From Hormiphora californensis (Eukaryota; Animalia; Ctenophora), in contig CM035356.1 of the NCBI GenBank assembly GCA_020137815.1, positions 3,410,001 through 3,474,000 on the forward strand: a stretch of 64,000 nucleotides of DNA. Direction: 5' to 3'. The notes below the pieces were generated by a model, which was given only the letters and a program-made list of their open reading frames with translations, did no database searches and was not told where the DNA came from. Shown here piece after piece: positions 22,924 through 50,016 of the stretch (positions are counted from its first letter, which is position 1; every line of letters starts with the position of its first letter). A program made the translations under genes and the position numbers.

Positions 22924-24299
22924 TAGAGAGCCAGAGAGCCAGAGAACCAGAGAACCAGAGAACCAGAGAACCAGAGAGCCAGAGAACCAGAGAGCCAGAG
23001 AACTAGAGAACCAGAGAACCAGAGAACCAGAGAACCAGAGAGCCAGAGAACCAGAGAGCCAGAGAGCCAGAGAGCCAGAGAACCAGAGAACCAGAGAACC
23101 AGAGAACCAGAGAGCCAGAGATCCAGAGAACCAGAGAACCAGAGAACCAGAGAACCAGAGAACCAGAGAACCAGAGAGCCAGAGAGCCAGAGAACCAGAG
23201 AACCAGAGAACCAGAGAACCAGAGAACCAGAGAACCAGAGAACCAGAGAACCAGAGAGCCAGAGAACCAGAGAACCAGAGAACCAGAGAACCAGAGAACT
23301 AGAGAACCAGAGAACTAGAGAACCAGAGAACTAGAGAACCAGAGAACCAGAGAACCAGAGAACTAGAGAGCCAGAGAGCCAGAGAACTAGAGAACCAGAG
23401 AACTAGAGAACCAGAGAACTAGAGAACCAGAGAACTAGAGAACTAGAGAACCAGAGAACTAGAGAACCAGAGAACCAGAGAACCAGAGAACTAGAGAACC
23501 AGAGAACCAGAGAACCAGAGAACTAGAGAACCAGAGAACTAGAGAACCAGAGAACTAGAGAACCAGAGAACCAGAGAACCAGAGAACCAGAGAACTAGAG
23601 AGCCAGAGAGCCAGAGAGCCAGAGAACCAGAGAACCAGAGAACCAGAGAACCAGAGAACCAGAGAACTAGAGAACCAGAGAACTAGAGAACCAGAGAACT
23701 AGAGAACCAGAGAACCAGAGAACCAGAGAACTAGAGAGCCAGAGAGCCAGAGAACTAGAGAACCAGAGAACCAGAGAACTAGAGAACCAGAGAACTAGAG
23801 AACCAGAGAACTAGAGAACCAGAGAACTAGAGAACTAGAGAACCAGAGAACCAGAGAACTAGAGAACCAGAGAACCAGAGAACTAGAGAGCCAGAGAGCC
23901 AGAGAGCCAGAGAACCAGAGAACCAGAGAACCAGAGAACCAGAGAACCAGAGAACCAGAGAACTAGAGAACCAGAGAACTAGAGAACTAGAGAACCAGAG
24001 AACCAGAGAACTAGAGAACTAGAGAACCAGAGAACTAGAGAACCAGAGAACCAGAGAACCAGAGAACCAGAGAACTAGAGAGCCAGAGAGCCAGAGAACT
24101 AGAGAACCAGAGAACCAGAGAACTAGAGAACCAGAGAACTAGAGAACCAGAGAACTAGAGAACTAGAGAACCAGAGAACTAGAGAACCAGAGAACCAGAG
24201 AACCAGAGAACTAGAGAACCAGAGAACTAGAGAACCAGAGAACCAGAGAACTAGAGAACCAGAGAACTAGAGAACTAGAGAACTAGAGAACCAGAGCCA
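22854..24299. repeat. Satellite: (GAGCCA)n grading into the octamers AGAGAACC/AGAGAACT/AGAGAGCC
   Basis: About 1.45 kb of direct periodicity. Confidence 0.97.
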
Positions 24300-25074
24300 T
24301 GATCAGCCAAAACCATGGATATAACGAATATTACTCCTTTGAAGAAGTGAATGAGAAAAGTTCAACTAATTTTCAAACAGAGGTACAAGAATGAACAAAA
24401 GTAGAAAAGAGACTGAAGGAACGAAAATCGTGAGAAATTGTGAGTGAGAATGAGTGGTGAACTTGTGTACTGCACTGCGCTCTGTGAGGGTTCGGTAGAG
24501 CATCTCTCGTATCTAGAAGTTCTCAATGAGAGTGCATACTGGAACAATGAGAATCAGCCTGAAACGCGTCTAGCTCTACACACAGAAAGAAGGAAGGACA
24601 AAGAATTACTTGGTTCTGTATAATTAGCTGATTTCTCCTTCATTCTCTCTATCTCCCATTCTCCCCCATTCTCTCTCTCAATTTTCCATTCTAACTCCCT
24701 CTCCCCCTCTCTCACTTTTATATTCTATCTCCCTCTCCCTCTCTCTTATGGAAATGACGGTATAACTTGACCCGACGTGAGAACAGCTAAATCTTCTCCG
24801 GCAAACTCCGGACACAGAGACTGTCTCACTCTCACTATACTGCTCCTGGCATAGAATTAGAAGTTCCAAGTTCAAAAGTTTTGTAAAATGACCTGTATAA
24901 GGGTATTCCAAGGACCAAGTGGCTGTTTATTATAGTAGCTATTGAAACTTGAAAGTACATATGTGTACCGCGCCAAAGACATGCTAGAGCTCATGAGCTG
25001 TTGCGTGTGAACTATATCTCCTTGTATAATACGGCTGACAAGGGGAGGGATGCAATCATTCCAATGAGGTCACT

Positions 25075-25731
<657 letters not shown>

Positions 25732-26134
25732 CCCATATGACCTTAACCACAATCCACGGACCGGATACCAACTGTCCAAGTGCACTGGATTTGTACCAGG
25801 CAAGTACCAAGGCCCGACCATACTTAGAATCCCTCCAAATTAAGAGGTACCCAACATTTGACTAGAAATCATGGAAATGAACGGTTAAAGACGTCTAATC
25901 TTGTTTGTTGGCCTGACCGTCATTTTGATGAAGCTTGGCCAACATTATTGTATTTTGTCTACGCTTCACGACCGGTCATACACATCCTAGTACAACAACC
26001 CCTCAATGTACGGTATAGATCACCCTCTCTCTCCCTTTCTCTCCCTTTCTCTCTCTCGTTCTCTCTCCCTCTCTCTCCATTTCTCTCCATTTCTCTTTCT
26101 CCCCTTTCTCTCTTTCTCACTTTAACCCTTCGCC

Positions 26135-28313
26135 ATGTTGTTTTCAGTGTTACTTCTCGTCCTTTTAGCCACCCCTGTTATACAAGCAGCATGTACTCTA
26201 CCCAGTAACCAGGATGAACTAAGTAAGTACTGGTCGGGATGGATTCATGCTTCTTAAGAGCAGACTTCCACCGGTGATAAACCCTAAACCACTGTGGACC
26301 AAGATACACACAGTTGTCATCTAGCATAATAGGGAGTCTCTTCACCGCCTAGAGAGTGTAGAGACTGTAGCTGCTCTTATGAGTGGTAAATTCCACCGGT
26401 GATGAATAACAGCTGAGTCAGAGTTTTAAAACCATGCCATGTTCTTTGTAAAGGCTTTCTCGGCCTAGAACCCATATTCTCCTTCTATTCTATTCTGTCA
26501 GCTCGCTCTGTCCTAGATTTTTTGTTAATACTTTAGAAAACGGCAGGTCCGCCAGACAACATGATAGCAGGTCCACATGACACAAAAGTTAAATGTCAAG
26601 GCTTCTCATGATCTCTATTTTTGTCTCACACTCAGCTTTCTTCCAGAGATTAAAGTGGAATCAAGTAGTAATGACTGGACAGCTACATGCAAAGAAACCA
26701 ACTGGGTATTTGTCAACAGCGTACGCTCTGTGGACAGTACGTGCATGACTCATTTCCTATATGGTCGATCTGTTAATATACTAGACCGAATATTCACCGA
26801 TTTGTTGTGTAGAAGCTGGGTCGATCCTCTTCCCTCACACACTGCCAATGCTCCGACAGCTCATATCTTTTCAGGTGTAGACATTACGGACCTGGATACT
26901 AACAACAGGATTAAAGGTTCCTGTAGTACAGGAAGTAATGTTCCCGATATATTCAAATATCTTGGGGCGGAGAGGGAGGTTTATTGTCAACGTGAGTACG
27001 ATCCATCACAAACACATTCACCATCGTAACTCGACAATTCAATTCAGTTTATACAATATAACAATAGAATGGACAATGCCACGAGGGGCGAATGTTGAGA
27101 AGATGTAACTAATATTCAGTCCCCGGGACTGAGTTCAACAGTTCATTCTCACTACCTCATTATTCAGCGGGGTGTAATGCGATTCATGGTGATCAATGGA
27201 AGGTAACGTACCCGGAAGAGGTCTACTCAAGGGAGATATGGTCCCCGCCCATCCGTCCTGTTGCCAAGACCGTGTCAGTGGAGTGTGCTACCGGATATGG
27301 AAGGGTAAGTCCAATAAATAGGATACATTATTATAGGATGGGTCTCCCGGTCTCTATCATGGGACAGAGTGACTCCTCACTCCAATAAAGATCTCATGTG
27401 GGACAGGGTAGACCTAGTTCCAATAATAGAGAATTATAACTTATTCTCATTTTTCAAAGTTTTTATCAGTTGTGGTATTAGTGTGTTACATCACAGCTTG
27501 AAATGTTTGATGTGATGGATCTTCCTTTCAGAAAGTGGGTGATGACGGTAAAAGTGAGACGTCGTGTACTTCCCAGGGCTGGGCAGTTGCCAGTGACAAG
27601 CTGCTCACCTGCCAACGTACGTAGAATTATAATCTAGTGATAACATATAATTTGAGGATGGGTTCAGTGAGGGGAATAGCACTCGAGGTACACAACATAT
27701 CAGCTGGTTGTGCACTATAATTAATCATGAATCTTTTTGCAGGTGGTTGTAAGGATATAACCGCGTCAGTACCCTACGCAGAAACCACGGCAGTTGCCAG
27801 TAAGGTCACGGGAAACCCGCCGTTTTCAACTGGTGATATCGTACCATTTAACTGCAAATCAGGTGACACACATCATGATGATTCATTTAGAGAATAAAAG
27901 GATATTGTTTGTAATCACTCTCGAAACTTTGATATGTTCTAAGTTACTATTTACGTGTAGGATTTATCCGCAGGAAGAATTCTACAGAGAAAGTAATTTC
28001 TTCGGAATAATAGCAAAAGAAAGCTCGACAAGTGTTAACGAAATTTCGTTAACACTTGCGTTTTCTTTTGCTATATGTTCTAAGTTTCTAGTATAGTTAA
28101 TTTCTAGTTTTCTTCTAACTAATAACTCTCCACTCTTGTTCTACAGGTTACGTATTGGTGGGGTATGCGACACTAACATGTGACAGTATGGGAAACTGGA
28201 ACTCCAAAATGCCGCAATGTGTCGTGGTTTCGGGGACATCGGCTACAAAACAACCGACATGGCCCCTCCTTCTGTCTTGTCTAGTTGTATTACTTAAATC
28301 TATTATTGTATGA
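26135..28313 (+). CDS. Cell-surface sushi/CCP-domain protein with signal peptide and probable GPI-anchor signal, 7 exons, ~267 aa
   Basis: Exons 26135-26222, 26647-26736, 26875-26991, 27168-27304, 27532-27616, 27743-27862 and 28147-28313, all phases consistent. MLFSVLLLVLLATPVIQA leader, CCP motif FNCKSGYVLVGYATLTCDSMGNWNSKMPQC, hydrophobic C-terminus WPLLLSCLVVLLKSIIV*. Confidence 0.88.
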
Positions 28314-29917
28314 GACTTTGAACATTATGGACACATCATGGACTCGTATAAAAATAATACAGAGACTTCTTATTTGTACGTGATGACTTGGTACCGCGGC
28401 CCATATGCATCTACATGAGATTGAGCGCGTTTTATGTGGCCAAAATACAATCAATATATGCTGGAGTTATCGTGAAATGGAATATATTTATTCGACAATA
28501 TATGTATTATATGGACTATGGTAGGTGCAGCTATAATCTTGTCACACATTCCGGAAACGCCATAGTAATGGTATTAACATATGAAATTGGTCAGCCACGG
28601 TCAAAAGAGAAAATCGGTTGTAATTGTGCACAGTACCGCTCTACGCAGCACATGTTCGTGTCTTTGTACGTGTTTTTTGTAGGAACAAATCCTATCAGTA
28701 TCTCTGTGTTCTAACTGTCTTGGCAATCAGGCCCAATCTAACGGGTTGTTATTGAGTTAACAACTTTAACTTGTAGACCCTGCCAACAATCCAATTATTC
28801 GCCGCTCAAAGTTAACAGTGTCACGTGACGTACGTGTCAATAAAAAGGAGCTGTCTACGCCCAGCAGTTCAGTTCTACAGCGCTATAGTGGTGTGTCGAC
28901 AGCATCTTGTCTTCTATAATACTTGTCGGGTAGCAACTAACTATCATTCTATTTGAGTTGTATGTCGAGTAGCGCAACTACTCCATTTTATGGATCTCAT
29001 TCTTCGTTTGACTGCTCCTACCTCGTTTGTCTATACCAAGTACAGCTAGCAGACTATTCAACTATCCATGTCTCCTATACTAGTACTTCATTGCTAGATT
29101 TGTCACATTAATTAGAAAAATAGAGGTGGGGCAATATATTTTCACACTGTTTGATTGCCACACTTTTTAGAACGTGTCAAGGACAACAATTTAGTAATTT
29201 ACTTTATTTGCGGGTTTTTAGTGTGAACTAACCTGCTGTAAGCGAACATGTGATTTCAAATTAAACGCTCTATATAGCTGCCAAACTGGTGTGTTTTAAT
29301 GCTTTCTCAACTTATCGCCTAGCTCACTTTCGTTGCTTCCATTTTGTTCTATATGCAATGCATTCATGAATGTCATACCTTTTCTAGTATTCGTCGTAGA
29401 TTAGTGATTACCTATCCCTCTAACTATCGTTCTCTCTATATATTGATATCTCTCTCACTCTCTCTCTCCCTCTCTCACTCTCTCTCCCTCTCTCGCCCTT
29501 TTATATCGCAGCTCACTAGTCTAATTATGGGGTCCATGACATTCTGCACTTGATGAAAGCTCAATTATTCATTCTTAACCTGCTAGCAGCTGCTTTTCAG
29601 TAGTGCATGCATATTCGTGTTAAATACCCCAAGTTTATGACCATATTTGTACTTCGAACTTTCAAAGTTAAGTGTTAACGAACTACTCAAAATCTCTCCT
29701 GCGTCAACCCTAAAATTACGATGTTTTCAATCTCAAGATCTTGAGTTCACACTGCAGTAAAAGTACATTAAAAACAGTAGAAAACATTTATCTTGCTAAT
29801 CATTGCCTTATTTCCTACCCTTGACATGGCTTGCTTGACCTTGTGACGACAAAGTTTGTAAAGCAGGAATATTATAGAACATAACATAACAAGTAAATCC
29901 ACACGCAGTCACACAAT

Positions 29918-32126
29918 ATGGCCAGTACTCGAATTCTAATCCTTGGGGATGGGCAAGTATCTGATGCCCTGAAAATGTACGGATTTGGGTCCCACCTCAA
30001 TGACAGATTCTCTGGTTATGCCGATATTGTCCTGCGGTAGGTTTTAGTGAATACGGCCTATAGATTCCCTCTTGACATGGCGAAAACAAATGAGGGATAG
30101 AGAGAAGAAGGGGTTTCGCTGTGCCCAAAGGGTTCTCCCGTGGGAAGAAAATATCCATTAGGAATGCTTTTATTGAAATGTACTGCATCAAATTCTTTCC
30201 ACCCAACCCCACCTCACAAAACCCTAACTCACCCCAATCCACCCCACCCCACCCCACCTCACCCACTACCCCTTACACAACTCCCACCCCGCCACACCCC
30301 ACCCCACCCCACCCCATCCACCATTCACCATCCTTTATACTCCACCCCTTACAGTACTCTATCTCTACCAGAAAGTTTCCAGGATACACCGCAGAGTGGG
30401 TAAAAACGATCACTACCAGCTGTGTCAAGAATATTGGGCCTACCCCCGATTATGTGATCCTCATGCTGGGTCAGGGGGATTGTGTCAGGAAAGTAGATGA
30501 CCTCCGACCTGTCACTAAAGCCAAAGAGGTAACTTTTTATGTGGAGCTGTTAGAGTTGTGAAAATGTTGACTGTTAGGGAGTTGTATGTGTATTGTGTAG
30601 ATGTACCTACCTGATTTTATGTACATATACTGATACAATGATTACAAACTAATTAATTGTCTGCCCATCTTTATGATATGACTGATATTATAGCTGCTCT
30701 CTCAATATTGTTACAAGCAAACATTATTACTGCTTCCCACAATTCTCCTTTCTCATCTGTCAAAGTTTTGACGCCTCATTCTCGCAGACAACAATCTTTT
30801 TGAAATTTCCGAGGCACGTGTTGATGTTATTGAACTGCATGCGTAGTGTTTGTAAATCCACTGAATACAATGTAATACCTTCAACGTTTACAGGCCATGT
30901 TATCTCCTTGTGGTTCAAACGTGGTAAATCAGGTAAAAACGTTCTTGACATATTTCTCTCTTCCCGCAGTTCGGCGAAAACCTCAATCTAATTGTGGAGA
31001 AGATCACGAATGAAATAGATATTACCCTGGAGCGACTTATCATCATTTCCCCCTTACCAGTTCATACCATGAGACTTCAGGAAAACTTCAGAGGTTTGAT
31101 AATGTTCAGCTGAATTCAGGCGGCTAGATCTAAGTGACATGAGATGAGACTGTGGTAGTTATAGTTTTTCCGTAGTACTGTTTTGAAGTAGTTATAGTTT
31201 AGTCCGTGTGAAGACAGTGTAAAGAGTAAAGGCTGGAATAAGCTGTAGTTCATGTCAACACAAATAAAGACACTGTACTTCTCACATATTCCGTACTGTC
31301 TGCTTAGCTCACATTCTACTCCATTCTCCCTTTTTCCCTTCCTTTCTCCTCTCGACTACTCCCCGGCTTCTCTATTCCCCTCCCGGCCTCTTTACTCCCA
31401 GTCCTCCCCTCCTCCACAGGTCTGACAGTAGATGTAGAGGTACTGACAAAGTACAGTGAACAGTGCAGGAAGGTAGCCAGTAAAAATGGTGCTCTCTTTA
31501 TCGACTCTATGGAGGTGCTAGACAGGGCGCTGGATGCTAACCTTGATAAAGATGGATACACCCTCTCCCCTGATGGTAAGAATGGTGCAACTCTTTCACG
31601 ATCAGAAGCTGGTTAAGAGGATAGTTTTGCCGTTTGGTTAGGGTTGGTGCACCGGGCAGCCCATTTGGCCCTTATTTTGGTGCACCGTGGGAGCTGTTGT
31701 TAATTGTTTTATCCTAAATCCGGATCTCCCCGCCATACAGGGCACCTTCAACTGGCAGATAAATTGGAGAAAGTGATAGAGATTTCAGAATCTCCATTCC
31801 CCACATTTGACAAGGTCTGTATAAACATGATTTGTACAGTTCCTCGTATTTTAAACCAACAATTAACAATCTTATAGCTGTCATCCAAAAAATTGCATGC
31901 TCCAATAAGTCTGAGATTTAATTATATATGTTCAAAACGTGCAACAATGTCCAGTTTTACAACCCCTCTTCCCCTCTTCCCCTAGGTGGGCAGTGCTGCT
32001 GAACTGAAAAAGATTGCTAAGGATGCATCCCTGGTAGCAGCAGAGAATATTTCAGCCTACACTTATGTAGCTACAGTTGATCAGTACAGTGCTTACTTTG
32101 GAAAGAGTTACAGGGGCAAGGTTTGA
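29918..32126 (+). CDS. IAH1-like SGNH/GDSL-fold protein, predicted catalytically inactive, 6 exons, ~256 aa
   Basis: Exons 29918-30036, 30372-30528, 30970-31093, 31420-31575, 31741-31814 and 31986-32126, phases consistent. RILILGDG, DIVLRKFPGYTAEW, VILMLGQGD, RLIIISPLPV and DKDGYTLSPDG align with IAH1 blocks. Confidence 0.85.
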
Positions 32127-32998
32127 AATGGACAATATTTAGTGGACCAATTGTATGACGTGATTGGAATTGGTGTCCCAAATTGGGACCCAATTCAATG
32201 GCTTTGGTACAACATTTTTGCCTTGTTCGACCCTCTGTGTGTACCGATTGATAAACTGTCATCTTTTTTTATATTGTTGACTTTCTGATAAGAATTGAGT
32301 TAAACATTGAAAGGGACGTTTTTGTAAATCCAGGCCTAGCTAGGCTCTGTCTGGCGGCGCCAGACGTCGTTTTTATTCTCAAAACACGACAGTGCGCTCA
32401 TCAGATGGGGTCGCGGCGCCAGACAGGACAGGCTAGGTTCTTTTATTTGATTTGGGGTACAGCTAAGCTAAGGCGTACCGTCGCGGCATATCCTGGAACC
32501 CTCCGTACAAACTCCCTCAATTTGGCAGAAATAGAAATAAAAATATAAACAGGAGGTTAGCCAAAAATATCTGACTGTGCTTACCTGCACAATAGGTTAA
32601 AAAACACAGATGGACCCAACGCCCGCCAGGTAGATAAGGCTCCCGACTGCCTGACCCGCCGCGAAACCGTTTGATTTGCGACGAAGCATACAGAAGACAG
32701 CAGTATCGACCCCTATACAGGCAGGCGCAGGGCACATCGAGACCCACACACAATACTCATCACAGATAGTTGCCTCAAGTGTTAAAATGTTCTCTGATTG
32801 CTCGGCAGGATTTTAAAATCTGTTCAAGGCACATCCATTGCTCTCAAGTCTCAGAGTTCCTTTTATGCTCATGGTTTTCGCAACATCGACTACTTGCCTC
32901 CTTTTACGCGTTACGTGTGAGCGTGTGTTTGCGTGGACTTACGCCCTTAACTAATCTTTTACAATAACTGAGACCCAAATCTTTAAACGTGAATAAAA

Positions 32999-45940
<12,942 letters not shown>

Positions 45941-46679
45941 TTATTGCTAAAGTTAAGTTACGAAACAGTGATAAAAATCCTGATTTTACCTACGATATGG
46001 GTGTTTTAAGGCCTTAAAGATATTTAAAAGCCTGGTCAGTGTTGCAAAAAATTAAAAAAGAAGAAAAAAAAGAATTCGGAATTTCAAAAAAGGGCGCGAT
46101 TATAATCTGGGTGCCTTGCAGCGTGTTTACAGGTGCGCGCTGCCAAAAGAGTATACTTAGACCGACTTTTTTCAAACGGCTATAAAGTCCATTTTTTTTC
46201 AACTGTTCACCCAAAAACTGAAATTTGATAAAAATTAGAATTTGGGTGGCGCGCGCTATACGTTAACAGAGGCGGGGTATCGAGATTTGGAATCATCAGC
46301 GTACAAAAGCACGCGCAAACACAAAGGCGCGCGCGGACCTCAAAGAGCCGCGCAGCTCCATTCACTCCGCAAACAACCGATGTTTCAAATTTCTGACGGG
46401 AAGTTGTGTATCTGAGATCTCGTCTCTCACTCCTTTTTTGCTTTTCTCTTCCGATTGTAATACTACTTATTACCGTGTATCCCTTACTTCGCGGACTTTT
46501 TTGAGAAGTCAGATTCTACACATCACATCACAGTTTGTCACAGCTCAATTTGAGCTGCATCGTTGTGCTTGTGAATCTCCCTAGTCCCTTATTGTGAGAG
46601 CAATCTCTTCCCGTGCTCACGCCTCACTGGTTATAGGTATTACTTCTGCTACCAGCTTCAAGGACCGGTTGAGGTGTAC

Positions 46680-47490
46680 AGTTATGAAAGGGTACAGCGG
46701 AGTATTTGTGGTGAAGTGCAAGGAGACTGAGGGATATTTGATCTTTAATCTGTTGAAGGAATCTTTTCCAAGGTGTGACTGCTGGCCGTAGTTTGTGAGA
46801 CACTTAAAAGACGCCTAGCAAGAGTAAAATTAAGAGTATCAAAAAGCCAGAGCTAGAGGATTTTACCGAGAAAGTTCTCCATTTGCTTCGGAGAGGTGCT
46901 ACCCTGTTCTTGAAGGGTAAGAGAATGAAAGGAGGTTATTGGACAGCAAAGAGGAGTTAATTTCTGCACAAAAAGCCTTGGTAGAATATCAGGATTGTCT
47001 TGTTAAGTTGCAGTGTCAGTTGCTCGACAAGACATTTTCCTCGGTACTAAAGAAGTTGTGACAGCGTGCGGTGACAGTTCCCTAGCTCCGCAGCGCATTT
47101 TTACAGAAATTACGAGTGCTACAGAAAACAGGACTAGCAATGCGGTTGTTTTCTCGATCCCAATGAGACTTTTTTAACAAAGATTTGCGTTACTAGTGTT
47201 TACAGCATGAAGTTCCTCGAAAGGTTCAAGGGTGGTACTGAAGAACCAGTTAAGCTGTGCCTGTCTGGCCGAGAATATCGAGATATATCTCTGTCTTGCA
47301 AGAGTGGTCTAAAGAAGTGTGATAGGTACAAAGATCTGTATATCTCCCCAGTCCGTTCACCCGAGGAGAGAAAGGAGATGAGGAAGTTGGTGGCTGAACT
47401 AAAAGAGAAGAAGCATGCGGCACCAAGCAGGCCCTTTGGGATAAGAGTTTAGGAGGCAAGGTTAGGGAGGTGGAGGTGCGAGGGCCGTGA
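46680..47490 (+). mobile_element. Decayed LINE (CR1/L2-type) ORF1 fragment
   Basis: PVKLCLSG...LYISPVRSPEERKEMRKLVAELKEK..FGIR resembles the C-terminus of CR1/L2-type ORF1. The upstream part is broken by stops. Confidence 0.65.
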
Positions 47491-47835
47491 ACGTGTTACA
47501 CTGTATTGTTTGTGTTAAGTTTGACAAATCTTCCACGAATATAAGTTTTACTAATTGCCACCCTCTCACTTGGCTTGTATTTCTCGGCAGCATATTATCA
47601 TGATTATGGCCTGTAGCTGTAGTAAAGCGTTTTTGATGGTCATTGGTATGGATAGTATCAGATTCTCATCCTACCTCCAGTTAAGCCTGGATCGTGATGA
47701 CGACGGCCGAATACAGATAGTTGACTAAGTACATAACAGTTTCCAAGACATAAAAATCGTCAACTTCAATTACATACTGTATTATCCGGACATTATTGAT
47801 GTGAGTATTTGATTTTGTAACACCTCAACCTCTAC

Positions 47836-48588
47836 TAACGGGTGATAACTAAAATTTTTTACTCTAGAATTTTTCCCTTTTGAGATACAACTTCGGCCCA
47901 GTAATAGAACGATTTTTCACACAATTTTAAATAAGAATAACATATCGGCAAAGACTAAAACGTTCATTTTCATAGCGATCTGCGATACCAGATCATTTCC
48001 TCTCGCCCACCAAAGCATATAGTACGTGAAATCTACAAGTGTACACATTTTTTTAGCACCTCTAGCACGGAGCACCTGTTCAGTTCGAGATACAGCTTTG
48101 GGACAATGATAGAAAGACTTATCAGACAATTTTGAACGAAATTAACTTTGTTTCAAATTTCATAAATCTCAATTTCCTGATCAGAATCTTCTGTAACAAA
48201 GCGTAGTTTATAGGTAATTTGAGAAATCGCCATTTCGACGATCTCTCCAAACATTAAAGACTGTGGAAACCCAACTTCCCGGTGAGCTAAAATCTTCGAA
48301 CTTGGCAGTTATGGTTTAAATGTTGGTTATGTCATGAACAACCAGACTTCCAATTTTGAAAATTCTATCTCATCATTTCAAATCTTCGTACTACATGCTC
48401 TAGTGGAGCAATAGGAAATGGTACGATATTGCTATGGCCTATGAAAATGAACTTTTTAGTCTTTGATGTTATTCTGATTCAAAATTGTCTGAAATATTCT
48501 ATCACTGGCCCGAAGCTGTATCTCAAAAGGGAAAAATTCTACTGCTGTTTTAAATTACATAGTAACAATTTTTAGTTGTCACCCGTTA
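47836..48588. mobile_element. TIR element with degenerate ~80-100-bp inverted ends
   Basis: TAACGGGTGATAACTAAAA..TAGAATTTTTCCCTTTTGAGATAC mirrored at 48490-48588. Internal subrepeat at ~48083. Confidence 0.7.
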
Positions 48589-48989
48589 CTTTCGGTAAGG
48601 TCATTCTCCAGACGCACAAACAAACAAACAAACACCTCACGTTCACCCTCCTCAATTTTTATCCTATTCCCCTTTCCTCTTAGGTTACTCTACACGAATG
48701 GAAAAACGTTAGCTGGTACCCTGCAGGTGCTTAATCGAACAACCATGTGATATACTGTAAGTTATGTGCATATTTTAGAGCTGAATTGTGCCCGTTTTCT
48801 TTTATTCAAAAAGTATCCCGTTTCCCCTCCCCTCCAACACTCTCTCTTCCTTTCCCGATTCCGGTGTTGTGTCTAACCCTCCCGTTACATTTATTTTTAA
48901 AGGGAAGCGGGGCAACGCAAAAAGGCAGTCTAGCTTGGCAAGATTCCGGTGCGTTTTAGTGGTAAACGGAAACATCAATGGTCTTTCTT

Positions 48990-49249
48990 ATTAGAAGGGT
49001 TAGGACACATCCGCTGCATCTCGTTTCTTTGCCAACAGTGTTAACAACTGTACGGAACCCTCTAGCGTCCGATACCCTGTTTACAAGCCATACAGCAGGG
49101 ATCTCGGCTATAATCGAGTGAATCTAGACCGAGATCCCTCTGTATGACTTGTAAACACTGGTATCGGAGTCTAGAGGGGGGGGTTCCGTACAGTTTGTAA
49201 ACTAGTTGGCAGAAACGAGATGCAGCAGATGTGGTCCTAACCTGCTAAT
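48990..49249. mobile_element. ~260-bp imperfect palindrome (hairpin MITE)
   Basis: GGTTAGGAC..GCTGCATCTCGTTTCT..GGGATCTCGG mirrored by CCGAGATCCC..AGAAACGAGATGCAGC..GTCCTAACC. Confidence 0.85.
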
Positions 49250-49743
49250 TGACATGTACCGTGACAGTGCACACCAGGACTACTACCCATCGCTCTCGTT
49301 ACCATGTGTTGGCCAGTTTAGGATCAGTTACCCCCAACCCACCCTGTCTATAACAATTGTCTTTTCTGTAACTTGTGAGTGGCTTCAGCCTTCATCCCCC
49401 GGCTTCATCTTCTTGAAGTCTGTTACTGATCTGGGCTTTCCATTGCCGTTAAATAGGACTGGAGGTTTCCTTGTTAGTTGTTTCCGAAGATGCCGGCAGC
49501 AGAGAACCCACAAGGCTTGTCTGAGTAGGTCTTGGCGAGTTTCTTGTACTCTTCTTCAGTTTCGGCGTCGAGAATTTTAATGGGATCAGTTCCTCTGACC
49601 GAGGCGGGTTAGTTGTGGGGCGGGGTGTATACTATAGGCTCAAAAAGGGGCCAAAATGTCGTGCAGCAACAATTCTCTCCCAGCACATTCTCTGCCCTCA
49701 TTAAAATATGCCTGAGCCAACGTCTCTGTGGTCCATTAAGTAA

Positions 49744-50016
49744 GGGGCGATTCAAAAAGGGTGGCCAGGGGTAGGGGAAGGGGGCCAATTTCGGATATCT
49801 CTGGACAATCATGGGGGAGGGGGTTAACGCAATTCGGACTGTCCCAGGTTTTGAAGAAAAATTTCACTGATTTTACTAGATATAAGTGGATGAAACTCAG
49901 ACGACAGGGAGGAGGGAGGGGGTCTGACAGATTCAGACAGCCCTGGACAGGGGAGGGAAGGCCGGAAGGGGGTGGGGAATGATCAAAAATCACGGACGTC
50001 ATTTTTGAATCGCCCC
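49744..50016. mobile_element. PIF/Harbinger (Tourist-like) MITE
   Basis: TAA|GGGGCGATTCAAAAA...TTTTTGAATCGCCCC|TAA. Confidence 0.88.

Noticed and set aside
21378-24299. Possible CRISPR-like arrays
   Set aside because: Tandem repeats without unique spacers, no cas genes, eukaryotic context.
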